This document shows positions 12,054-23,297 of a DNA stretch of 64,000 nt, piece after piece (within the stretch, counting starts at the first letter, position 1; every line of letters starts with the position of its first letter). A program made the translations under genes and the position numbers. This DNA comes from Cyanophora paradoxa CCMP329. Lineage: Eukaryota; Plantae; Glaucophyta. The stretch spans positions 129,499 to 193,498 of the forward strand of contig QPMI01000163.1 in NCBI GenBank assembly GCA_004431415.1, read 5' to 3'. The notes under the pieces were generated by a model. The model did not search any database. It saw only the letters and a list, made by a program, of their open reading frames with translations, and was not told the origin of the DNA.

Positions 12054-13675
12054 ATGGCATTCTTGGCGGTAGCGCCAATCGCGCTGCGGCGCGCGTGGAG
12101 CGGGATCTGCCAGGGCTATGATCGCTCGAGGCTGAAACTGCGCACGCGGCCGGCGTACGCTCTGGGCGCCGGCGTCCAGCTGCAGCCGCGCGGGACGCAG
12201 CTCTTCCACACTAGCATAAGCGCAGAACTCAGCAGCGCGGAGCCGCGAGCTGAGAGCGGGCAGGCACAGCCAAGCGAGGCGAAGCCGTCGAAACGAGCGC
12301 TGAAGCGCGCGGCCCGCATGCTGCTCTTCCAGAATCTACGGGATGAGCGCCTGCGAAAGACGGAGGAGCTTCTCGCACGACAGAAACTGGAGCGCGAGGC
12401 GTGTAGACTGAATCGCACATGCCTGATTTCAGTGGAGTCCCGCGCTGACGCCTCGTGCGCAGGAGCGCCTGGCAGCGATGCACCCGGGTAGCGCCCTCCC
12501 GAATTCAACCTTCTGTGCCCGAAGCCGGCCGGCCTGACGCCCTCGCGCGGCGCCGCAGAGCAGCGGGAGGAGTTCCTCCGCGCCAAGGCGGAAATCAAGG
12601 AGGCCAAGCGCCGGGCGAAGGAGGAGGAGCGGGCGACTCTGCGCGCCCGCATGGAGTCCAGCCCCCAGCTCGTGCGCGCGCCGCCACCCTAGGCCCAGCG
12701 GCGCCGCCCCTGCTCGCGCTTGGTCCGTGAGCGGCTGGGGGCCGGCGCAGGTCATGGACCTCGAGCTCGTGAACTTCGAGGACGCGAGGGCGCGCCCCGC
12801 CCCGCCTCGCCCCGCGGGCCTCCCGCCTCCGGTCCGACCCTGCGCAGTGGGTGCGCTCGCTGCGGAAGCAAATCGTGTACCTGTACGGGGCGAACGCGCT
12901 CGCGGAGGCCCCATTCAAGCTTCACTTTGCCGGCGCCTCCGAGCGCGCCGTCCGCGAGTGCCTGGAGCCCATCCCCGGCTTCCCCGACTGGTGCGTCTCC
13001 GTCTCCGACCGGTGCGCCCCCCGCCCCCCGCCGCGCTGCCGTACCCCTCGCCCCGCGACGTTGCGGTTCTCGTCTGAACACGCACGCAGGCCCTACCTCG
13101 AGACCTTCCCCCACTCGCGGATCACCTACCTGAGCCCAGGCGTGCTCTGCACTCCGAGGCTCCGCGCACCGCGGTCGGCCCGGCCGGCCGCTGACGCGGC
13201 GCGCGCTTGCAGACGCGGACGAGGAGCTGGGGGAGATCGCGGCGGACGACGTCCTCGTCGTCGGCGCCGTCGTAGACCGCGAGCTCCTCAAGGCGCGCCC
13301 CCGGCCCGCCCCCCCCGCCGCCGCAGCCTCGCGCCGGGAGCGCCAGTCTCAGTCTAGTCCACCTCCAGCTAAAACGGGTTTTCAAGGCCGGGCTTGCGCA
13401 TGCCGCAGTGCTGACTCTGAATTGGCGTGCGCAGGGCCTGACGCGAGGCAAGGCGGACTCGCAGGGGGTGAGCGACCCCTCCTCCGGTTGAGCGTTCGCG
13501 TGGGTTCACCTGCGCTGCGCAGCTGCGAAGCAGGCGTCTCCCCTTGCACCTCAGCCCTTCGCCCTTCTCGACCTCCGCTCTTCCGATCAATCACGCAAGT
13601 ATGGCAGCAATCCACTTCTACTCGACCAAGGATTGGCGGCTCTCATTCGAGCGAGCACTAGCTTTCGGTGCATAG
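12054..13675 (+). CDS. TRM10: tRNA m1R9 methyltransferase Trm10 (SPOUT) with N-terminal targeting-like extension
   Basis: SLRKQIVYLYGAN, ITYLSP|DADEEL, VLVVGAVVDR, GLTRGKA, RRLPL, LPINH and DWRLSFERAL. May splice on to about 13984. Confidence 0.85.
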
Positions 13676-14122
13676 CAGCCTAGCCTAGCATAGCAGCAGA
13701 AGTAAGCGACGAAGATTGGAACACTCTTCGAGGCGGGAACTCCGGAATAGTGCACAGTGGCACTGAGAAAACGAAGCAGCCGTCGAACTAAAGGAAAGCG
13801 CTCGTACGTGCCCAGCTTATCCAAATACCGGCTCCTGTGCGCGAGTGCACGAGTGCGAGATAAAGCGATGGTTCAAAATGAGCAACTTGGTCAATGAGCA
13901 CCCTGCTCAATTAAGTGTCCTACAGCTGTTCACACCTACTTGGAGCGCACAAAACGAACGCGAGCGGAGAGAGCTGCCGAATAGCGGTGGGGAGCTGAAT
14001 GGAAGGTGGATGTCCGGCAGCAAGACTCGCGAGGAGGACGGGGCAGGTTGGAATGTACAAGATGGCGGGGGAAGACTGGCCGGAAGGGACGGCTGAGCTG
14101 GGAGGCTCGATCGGCGAGTTCT

Positions 14123-14962
14123 TCAGTCATCATCCTCCTCGTCCTCCTCCTCCTCACCCTCGTCCTCGTCCTGCGAACACCGGCTCAGCGGGGCCAACTA
14201 ACTCGCACGGCGCGGGCCCGCGAACCTCCTCCTCCTCCTTCTTCTTCTTGCTGCTACGCTTCTCGGACTTCTCCGACTTGCCGCCCTGTACGCGGGGGCG
14301 GGGAAAGCGCGGGAATCAGCTCCTTCGATTCAAAACTGGCGGTGCCGGGAACGTTCGGGCTCACCTTGTCGTACTCCTTCTTGTCCTTCTCGTACCGCTC
14401 CTTGTCCTTCTTGGCCTTCTCCTCGTATTTCTGCGGGGACGCCGTCGGCCGGGGAAGACGGCGGCGTCACGGGCTTTCGACGCACGGCCTTGTCCTTGCT
14501 ATCGATCTCCTTCCACATCTCACCGATCCTCTTGCCAATATCGCCTGCGCCCGGGTCCCAGGCGTGTCGGAATTCAAATTCGCGAGGGACGTACACAAGT
14601 CCAGTCATTCTCACGCACCGAACTTCATATCGGGGTTCTCGCTCTTCACCTTCTCGCGGACATCGTTGCTGAAGAACATGAAGGCCGAGAGGGCACGCTT
14701 GGGCGCGTTGGGGTCCTTCTCCTTCTTGCCCTTGGCGGCCTTCTTGGTCACACCGCCCTTCGCCTTCGACGCGGCCTTGGATTCCTTCTGCGATGGCAAA
14801 CGGAACGTAATACGTCAGTTTGAGGATATTCCGAAGGAAGCAACGCCCCCGAAAAACCCTCGCGCTTTTCAAAAAAGCGGGGCTCGCGGGCCCTAGCGTA
14901 CGGGGCGTCCCCGCTAGCGTCATTCGCGACTCGCTGCGCGTACGGCGGACCTTCGGCGGCAT
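14123..14962 (-). CDS. HMG-box protein (NHP6/HMGB-like) with acidic tail
   Basis: [36 protein letters not shown]|[14 protein letters not shown]|[15 protein letters not shown], ending [15 protein letters not shown]. Confidence 0.95.
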
Positions 14963-15118
14963 GGCTGCTTGTTTTGAGATGCGGGCGAGTTTCTTCGACT
15001 GGGGCTCTAACAAAGTTGGCCGCCACTACCCGTCCCGGCCAGTTGCAAACTTGGCCAAACAGTTCAGGTCGGGGTACGCTTGCCTGAAACCTCCCGCCCC
15101 TCACCAGCCGCGGCGGGG

Positions 15119-16884
15119 ATGTTCCGCAACCCTATCGTGCGGCGGCTGCGGCGGCTGCGGCGCGTCCTGCTGCGGCGTCTCACGCCGACGCACTGCGCCG
15201 TCGGGCTGGCGGGCGCGCTGCCGATCCTGACGATCGTCCTGGTTATCCGCTCGGCGCTGCATGCGGGTGCGCAAGCAGGCCGCACCGCGCCTCCGTCCCG
15301 CTGAAGCCCGCCCGCGCCGCAGACTCGTCGGGCTCAGTATTCGACATGCACTGCCTGCAGCAGACGCAGGAGTCCGCGCTGGTCGGTCTGTCGGAGGAGC
15401 CTGGCTACGCGGAGCTGTTCCAGCGGCGGTTCGCCCGCTACGTCTGTTGCGTCCCGCGCAGCAAGCAGCCGCCCGAGATGCTGGAGCCAGCCCCGCCGCC
15501 CCCGCCCGCCGACCTGGCGGCGCTAGCAAGCACCGTTCCGGAGGCTCTCGACGCGGGCAGCAGGGACATGCGGGCCGGAGGGGCCATCTGCTTTGTCCGC
15601 ACCAGGACGGAGCCCTCGTACGAGATCTGCACGTACGACGACGAGCGGGACCAGCACGTGTCCAAGACGCTCCGCGAGCAGGGTGCGGCCGCGCCGGCGT
15701 CCCGGGGCTCCGCGACGGGGCGAGCGAGTGGCGGCGCAGGGGTGTGGGACGCGCACATCCTCACCTTCATGGAGTCCGTGCTCGCGGGGGAGCCCTCCGG
15801 CGTCGTCGTCGACGTGCGCGCCCCCTTTCCCGCGCTTGCATGCGCCCGCGCGTCAGCCGAGCCCGCGGCGCCAGATCGGGGCGAACATCGGAGTGTTCAG
15901 CCTGTACGCCGCCGCGATGGGCCACGTTGTGTACTCCTTCGAGCCCTTCAAGGAGGTGCCCGCGCCGGGGCGCGGCCCGCGCCGGCCCCGCCAACGCCGG
16001 CGCAGAACGTGGCGCACCTGGCGGCCGGCGTGCTGCGCAACGGCTTCGAGGACCGCGTGCGGGTGTACCCCGTGGCGCTCTCCGACGAGCGCTTCGAGGC
16101 GGAGATCCGCGTCGACTCGAGCAACCGCGGCCGCGCCGTCGTACGCCGCAAGCCCCTCGCCGCCCGCCTCGTGCGCCCCCGCCCCCGCCCCCGCCCCCGC
16201 CCGCCCTCACATTCCGGGCCGCCGCCCTCCTCACGCGGCCCGCAGTCGCCTCAGATGCGGGCGCTGGACGATTTGATGCAGACGCGGCCGGCGCCGGTGT
16301 GGCCCCTGCCGCAGCCGCTCTCGCTCTCGGACGACGTGGGCGGCACCTGGCTCCTCGACGACTTCCTCGAGACGATCGAGGGGGAGATTTGGATGGCCGG
16401 CGGCGCCCCCCGCGGCCAGGGCTTCGCCGCCGCCGACCGCGCCCGCTCGGGCCGCGTGGACCCCTGGCAGGCCGACGACTCCGACGCCCCGGGCGGCGGC
16501 TGGCAGGAGCGCGCCGGCGCCCGCCCGCGGCGGCAAGGGCGCCGCGAGCGAGGCGGAGCGCCGCGCGGCCGTCGCCGGCGGCTGGGACGACCCATCGACC
16601 GCAGCCGGGCAGAGAAGACGCGTCCCGCCGCCGAGGCGGGCCGTGGCAAGGCGGCGGCCGGCGACGCCGCCCGCGGGAAGGCGATCGGCGCGGAGGAGCG
16701 GGCCGGCGCGGAGGGCGGCGCGGAGGGCCGCAAGGAGCGGCTGCGAGGCAAGTCGGAGGCGCGCGGGCGGCGCGACGTGGACGAGACGGGCTTCTGGCCG
16801 CGGCGGGGCCTGCTGGCGCTCGGCCCGCAGCGCGGCTCGGCGCCCCAGCAGCAGCAGTGGGGCCGCCCCGCCGATGCCCCCATC

Positions 16885-16954
<70 letters not shown>

Positions 16955-18078
16955 GGGCGCGGCAGCAGGTGCCAGCTGCGCAGCCTGCGCAACAAGAGCA
17001 ACAGCAGCCGCAACAACAGCAGCAGCAGCAGTGGGTGCGCCAGCCTCCCCCGCTGGAGCCGGGCGCGAGCCTGGAGGAGCAGAAGCAGCACCAGCAGTGG
17101 GTGCGGCAGCAGGCGCAGCGCGCGCAGCCGGTGCAGCAGCAACAACAGCAGTGGACCCGGCAGCAGGCGCCGGCCGCGCAGCCGGCCTCTCAGCAGCAGT
17201 GGGATCGGCAGCAGCAGTGGAGTCGCCAGCAGGCGCCGGCGCAGGCGGAGCAGGATCAGCAGCAGTGGACCCGGCAGCAGGCAGCACCGGGCCAGCAGCC
17301 GGCGCAGCAGCAGTGGGCGCGGCAGCAGGCGGCAACAGCGCAGCAGCCGGCGCAGCAGCAGTGGGCGCGGCAGCAGGCCGCGCCCGCGCAGCCGGCGCAG
17401 GCGGCGCAGCAGCCGCAGCAGTGGGCGCAGAAGCAGGCGGCGGGGGCAGAGCAGCGGTGGCAGCAGCCGGCGCGGCTGCAGCACGAGGCGGAGGCGCCGC
17501 GGGCGGCGGCACCTGCCGCGAAGAAGCAGGCGGCGAGCCACGCGGCGGCGACGGGCCCGGCGGCCGGCGTGCACCTCATCAAGATGGACGTCGAGGGCTT
17601 CGAGGCCCGCGTCCTCACCGGCGTCCGCCCCCTGCCCCCCGCCGCCCTTCCGCCGCCCGAGCGGCGCCTCACGCCGCGCAGGGGGCCCGCCTCATGGAGC
17701 GCCTGCGCCCGCGCTACATCGTCCTCGAGCTCTCCTCCTCCATGGCGCGCGCCGGGCGGGGCGGGGGCCCGCCCGCGGGGCGCCGCCGGCCTGACGGGAG
17801 GCGGGGGGCAGATGAACGTGCAGGGGTGCAGCTACCGGCGGGTGATGGAGGTGCTGGTGCAGGACAGCGGCTACTGCGCCTACGAGGACCCGTACCTCTC
17901 GGCCCCCATCACCGCCTCCGGCATCATGGCCCGCCCCCTTCGCCTCCCCTTCCGTCTCACGTCGCCGCCGGGCGCGCTGACGGGCCGCGCCGCGCAGGAG
18001 TGGTCCTGGCGGGCCGCCCAGAAGGGCACCAACGACGTCTTCTTCGTCCGCCGCGACCTCGCCCGCGGGCCCTGCTAG
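15119..18078 (+). CDS. FkbM-family SAM methyltransferase, type II membrane, with long Gln-rich insertion
   Basis: N-terminal TM (AVGLAGALPILTIVLVI), VVVD|IGANIGVFSLYAAAMGHVVYSFEP, VYPVALSD, RALDDL ... HLIKMDVEGFEARVLTG and PRYIVLEL. Confidence 0.9.
16888..16953 (+). repeat. (CAG)22 coding microsatellite (polyQ)
   Basis: 22 perfect CAG units, counted directly. Confidence 0.97.
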
Positions 18079-18393
18079 ACGGGCCAGCCGCCGCCCTGCG
18101 AGGACCACTTGTCTCCGCGAGGCCCGCCCCCCTTTCCCTTCGCACTTCCCACTTTTGTTCGATGTTTTATGCATAAGACCACACGATACTGCGCCTGCAC
18201 TACGCACGAGACGCGTCTGCTGCTGGGAACGACGTTGAAAGCGAAAAGCGAAAGAGGCTTGACTGAAACTTTGAAAAGCGGCTGCCATGAAATGTGGAAT
18301 TTAAAAGCTGTCAGCATGCTGGCCACAGAGTACATTCGGATCCGGAAAGAGCGAGAACGTCCGGCGGGGCGGGGGGACCCCACAGCTCGACAC

Positions 18394-20479
18394 CTAGAAC
18401 TGGCCGCGGTTGCGGATGCGGGAGAGGGACTTGCAGAAGGGCGGGCGCGCTTGGGCGAGCCAGGTCATCATGTCGCGGATGACGCCCGGCTTGTGCGAGA
18501 TCCGTTTCCGGTGCCGCACCAGCGTCTGCCCCCGCCCGTCACGCCCCGGCCCCCTCGAGGCCGGCGACTCGTGGTCGCCGGGCGCCGGCGCGATACCTTG
18601 TCGATCTGCCACGGGCGCGCGGGGTAAGCGGGGTCCGGTAAGACGGAAGCTAGACGCTGAGAAGGCGGGGGCCGCCGGCCGGGCGTGTGCGCACGATGGC
18701 GATGCGGTTGAAGAGGCAGCTCTCCGTGTTCTGCGGGTGCCGGCCCCGCACGTCTGGGCGGGCGCGCAGGGCGCAGGGCGGGCTGGCGGGGCGCACGTCG
18801 TAGCCGTATCCCTGTGCACCACATCCGCGGGCGCACATTGGTACTGCACAGAACAGCACGGGCGGGGCGTGCGCACCCAGTAGTTGTAGTCGGCATGGAT
18901 GACGTGCCGCCAGAACTGCTTGCCGCTCGCGGGCCGGTCCAAGGGCGGGCGGGCGGGCGGCAGGGGCGGGGCGGGCGGCGCGCCTGGACCCACGCGTCGC
19001 GCTGGAAGACGGGCACCATGATCTGCGCACTCTCAGGGGCGTAAAGGCGCAGGCATACGGCCCTCGGCCCCGAGCCCGCCGCGCGGACCTCGACGAAATC
19101 CGTCCACCTGCGGACGTGCGCCGCTCAGCGGGGCGCGGGGGGCGGGCGGAGCCCAGGAGGGGGCGGCGCACCGTCCGGTGTAGTTCGGGTGCTGCTGCGC
19201 GAGCGTGATCGGGTGGGTAATGAAGCTGTCCCGCGTCAGCGCCGGCTGCGCCAGCTGGATGCTGCGCCCCCCGGCCCTCACGACCGACCTGCACGCACGG
19301 GGCGCAGGGCGGGGGCGGGGCGGCGGAGGGCGGGCGGACTTGTGCGCGCGCATGGCGGCGAGGAAGGCGGCCGGGTCGAAGTCCGTCACCTCCAGGTCGT
19401 CGTCCCTGCGCCCGCCCCGTCGCCCCCCGCGGGGCGCGCGCGGGGGGCAACGGCCGGGCTTGCCACACGAAGACGAACTCGTACCTGGAGGGCCGGGACG
19501 TCAAGGGCGGGCGGAGCGAGCGGGGACGGGGAGAAGCTCACGGGGCGGTGAACTCGGGCGTCAAGAAGCGCTGCGCCCACCACCTGCCCCGGCCCGCGCT
19601 GAGGGCGCACGGGCGCGCAGCGTGCACGCAGGCGAACCACTTCAGCTGGCCCCGGGCCCGCACGCTGATGACCTTGGGGTACCAGTCGAACTCCTGTTCC
19701 CTGAGCATGAGCGACGCCCCCGGGGGTCCCTGTGCGGGGGCAGACAACAGCAGAAGTACCTCCCATGAGCTGTTGTCGTGCTGGAGCAGCACGAAGGTGT
19801 AGTTCTCGAAGCCGAACTTCCGGACCATCGCGTCCACGAAGGGCTTCCCGAACTGGCCCACCGTGATGGCGACAAGACTCTTCGAGCTTGGGGGCACCAC
19901 CCCACCGAACTCCTGCGCCCGGCGCGGCGTGTCAGGCGCGCGTCGCGTGCACCGCTGCGCCGGCGCGCTCAATTCATGCGAGCCCGCGTACATAGCCGCG
20001 CTGCCGGCCTTTGTCGGGATGACAGTGCGTTGCTTGAGCATCCAATGTGATCATCCGATCTCGCGCGTCTCGCAGCGCTTGGCCGAGACGTCGGTTCAGA
20101 TTGCGGACCTCCTCCAGTTGCCTGCCCGGCGAAGTGAACGGGGTAACGCGTCCCGAGATGGCAGAGACTTTACGCACCGTGATAGCAAAGATTCCCGTTC
20201 AGCGCATGCGAGCGCCGCCGGATCGCTCTGCGCGGCGATCGCTTTGTCTGATTCGACGAGAGCCTTGTCCGCCGCAGCCAGCGCCAAGGAAGTTGGAGAG
20301 TCGGGAATCGAAGATGCCGCTGTCAGCTCGTGTTGGCTGCGCCGCCCCCCCGGCGCGTGCGCCGAGACAGCAGCGCCGGGCGGCTGCGACGCGTAAACCA
20401 CGACAGCAACGGCGGAGGCGACCGCCAAACAAGCGACGGTGAGCAAAAGGCGTTTAAAGCGCCGGCGAGAGTACGCCAT
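18394..20479 (-). CDS. DUF707-family putative glycosyltransferase, type II membrane
   Basis: TM LLLTVACLAVASAVAVVVYA, then KSLVAITVG, VDAMVRKF, KW|WWAQRFLTPE, YEFVFVW|DDDLEV, IQLAQPAL, IMVPVFQRDAW and GYGYD. Confidence 0.85.
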
Positions 20480-22276
20480 GACGCCGCAAAGGCGGCCTTG
20501 ATCGAGGGCGCGAGGAGTTTCCTGCGGGCGGTTCGGGCGGAAGCTGGCCAAACAGCAAAGCGCTGGAGAATGCACCGCAATTCGTTGCGTGCGATGCCCG
20601 TGCAGATCGAGCGCGAGCTCTCAAACTGCGGAAACTAACCGGTAGCCCCCCCGCGGCAGGCGCCAGCCGACGTCGCGACCCTAGGCCTGGCGCGCGCGCG
20701 CCGGGCCCCGCCAGGCGCCAGCGTACGCGTACGCGTACGCATGTTCTCGCTTTAGCAAGAGCACCGCGTTACAGGAATCAGAAGTCGAAAATTAACAGGG
20801 CGAGCGCTAGCTAGAATGCAGTGACCAGCTACGGGCGAGCCCTGCGGTGGCGTGGCGATCGTCCGACTAGTACTGTCGGATGGTCAAATCTGATCCCGGA
20901 GCGCCGACCCCGCGCCGAGCGGAGCGCATGCGCATGCTGCAGCTGCAGCTGGCGAGGTAACCAGGCCGGCCGCGCGTTGCAACTGTGCTAACTAGCCAGC
21001 GTCGCCGGTAGAGATGCCGTACGCTGCAGGTGCAGAGCAGCTCCGGATGTGCATGCACCGGCCGTCGATATTTTGACCACGCGTACGGCCGCCAGCTCCA
21101 GCAGCAGGCGTCGACGTTCGCAGGCCACCAACTGCAGCAGGCCGCCAGGCTTCGGGAGGCAGCGAGTGAAGCACAAAACCGCTGCCAGACTGCATGGAAG
21201 TCATGAGCGAAAACGCAGCGCAATGCGTGTGAACGCGACGGCAGTGATGCGCACTTGCAATGCCAGCTCGGACGCGTGGCAGCGCAGCTGGATCAGGGCT
21301 TAGTGATGCATGGGCCGAGACGTCAGCGCTGCGATGAGCTTCTGTCGCAGCGCCGGCGAGAGGAAGCTGCGAGCCGAAGGGCGCGTGTTAGCGGATCAGG
21401 GCGAAGCGGCCGCGGGCAGAGAGGCGCGCGCGACTGGGACGATAACGCACAACAGGCCGCCCAGCAAACAACAGTTGAGTGCTGTTGCTCCGTGGTAAAC
21501 GACCATGAACCTGCGTTACGGTTGTCGGCGAACGAGTCTGCGCACGGCGAGGGGCCTCGAACTCTTTCTGCGCGATGGGGCGTGATTGGCGGGTGCATGT
21601 GACGCTCGCGCTTGAGAGAACAGCGCACCTTCGACCGCTTGTGCTTGAACTGCTGTTGCGCGAAGTAGCCGCCGGCCCACCTAGGCGCCACTCAGTCGGA
21701 TGCGCCAGAAGCGCCCATCAGCAGTTACCCGCCCACGACCGCCGTCGTGTGCAAAACACGCTCCGGAACACGCCAGCCTCCTCGAATGGCCTGCTGCTTG
21801 TCGTAACTTCTAGAGGTCAGCTGGCAGCGCGACGCTCCGCTGGGCGCGGGCGCGCGCGCGGACGCACTAGAAGAGGCCGACAGTCCCTGCGTTCACTGCG
21901 AGCGCGTACGCCAGCATCAGCTTTGTGACCGCGGTGTTCATGGTTTGGTGGATCGACTGCAGATTGAATGCTGACTCGGCGGGAGTTGATTGCACCCCTC
22001 AAGCACTCAGCGCCCCTCGTGCGTAAGATGACCATCGCGCTTATTTGGCAGATCTCCAGTGTTTCTATGACGCGCCGCCTGCAGTGTGCATGTGCGGATG
22101 GCGCGCTTGCAGCGTAGAAAGTTGCCGACAATCCCAGCGAGGGCGGACGCGAACCATAAACCGCGCTACATTATGCAGGAAAAAGGACAAAACTTCATCG
22201 ATTGTACAGGACGGCAGCATAGGAGGCTGGCAAGCTGCCTAAGGACACAGCGAGCCGCTCCTACTATGAAGTCTGC

Positions 22277-22797
22277 TTAGTCATCGCACGACTTCTTCCA
22301 GGTGGGGCTGCGAGACGAGCGGATTAGAACGAGAATGCAGGGCGCGAAATGGAAACAGTCGCTCACGGGAAGGGGCCGTAGCGCTTCGACGGGGGAACGT
22401 CGAACGAGCCAACGCCGACCTGCCGAGCGCGCCGTCGGCCAACGCGGCCAAGCGAAAGGGCAGAGAGCGTGGTCAGACCTGCTTCTCCTTCTTCTCGCCG
22501 CCCTTGGCAGCCGAGAGGAAGACCTGCGAAGGTTGATTAGATTATCTTCAATCACCCGATAGAGGCCACGCCTGACGGCGGCGCGCTGAAAATGCACTTT
22601 CTATGAGGTTTAAATACCATTCTAGACAAGCTGAACCGGCCAGGCGGGCCGCCGCGTGTGAAACCAGGGCCGGCGGTTTGGGCGGGTCGGCGACGAACCT
22701 GGGTGCCGAACCACGAGGCCTTGGCCGGAGCCGCGGCGAGCTTGGCGCCGGCGACCGGGAACAGGGGGGCAGCCGAGGGGAGAGCGAACGAGGCCAT
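22277..22797 (-). CDS. 85-aa, 5-exon predicted plastid-targeted microprotein
   Basis: Four GT-AG introns splice in frame to MASFALPSAAPLFPVAGAKLAAAPAKASWFGTQ|RAAVRRGLYR|VFLSAAKGGEKKEKQ|VGVGSFDVPPSKRYGPFP|PTWKKSCDD*. Confidence 0.75.
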
Positions 22798-23297
22798 GTC
22801 TTCTTTTCTCCGAGACGAGTGTCGAGCGAGGGTACCCGTAGCCGACCAGATCCGGTACCCCGCCGCTCATCCCCCCACCTCGATCAACCACAGTGCCGCA
22901 CGGCGCCGGCGCCTCTCTGATATCTAGCAGCTGCGATTCGAATTCTAGACTGCGAACTGCCTGTCTTATTGATGCGAAACGGAAGCACTACTAACCATTG
23001 AACTGCCGGCGCCCATGCAGTACCAGTCTGCCGCAGTGCGCGCAGCGCCGTATACGTAGGCCTGGCCGGGGTGCTTTACGCGCGCGGCCGTACACATGCG
23101 TGTCTGCTGGCGCTTCCGCAATCCCGGATGCGCTCGCCCGGCCGCGGCGCCCAATTGCAAATTTCGAAGCGCCTGCACGGATCGGACGCGTGGGCTCGGG
23201 TAATGGCTGGTGTATAGCTGTACACACGGTGCAGGTACAAATGGAGAGCTGTCCTACTACGAGCTGCGGAACCCGCAGCGCATGTACACGCGCGCGC

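Noticed and set aside
13290-13680. Apparent truncation of Trm10 after VDRELLK
   Set aside because: Downstream exons (GLTRGKA, RRLPL, LPINH, DWRLSF) are present.
20640-22270. Short ORFs in a 1.6-kb gap
   Set aside because: No recognisable motif or consistent exon chain. It could be a degraded element but this cannot be supported.
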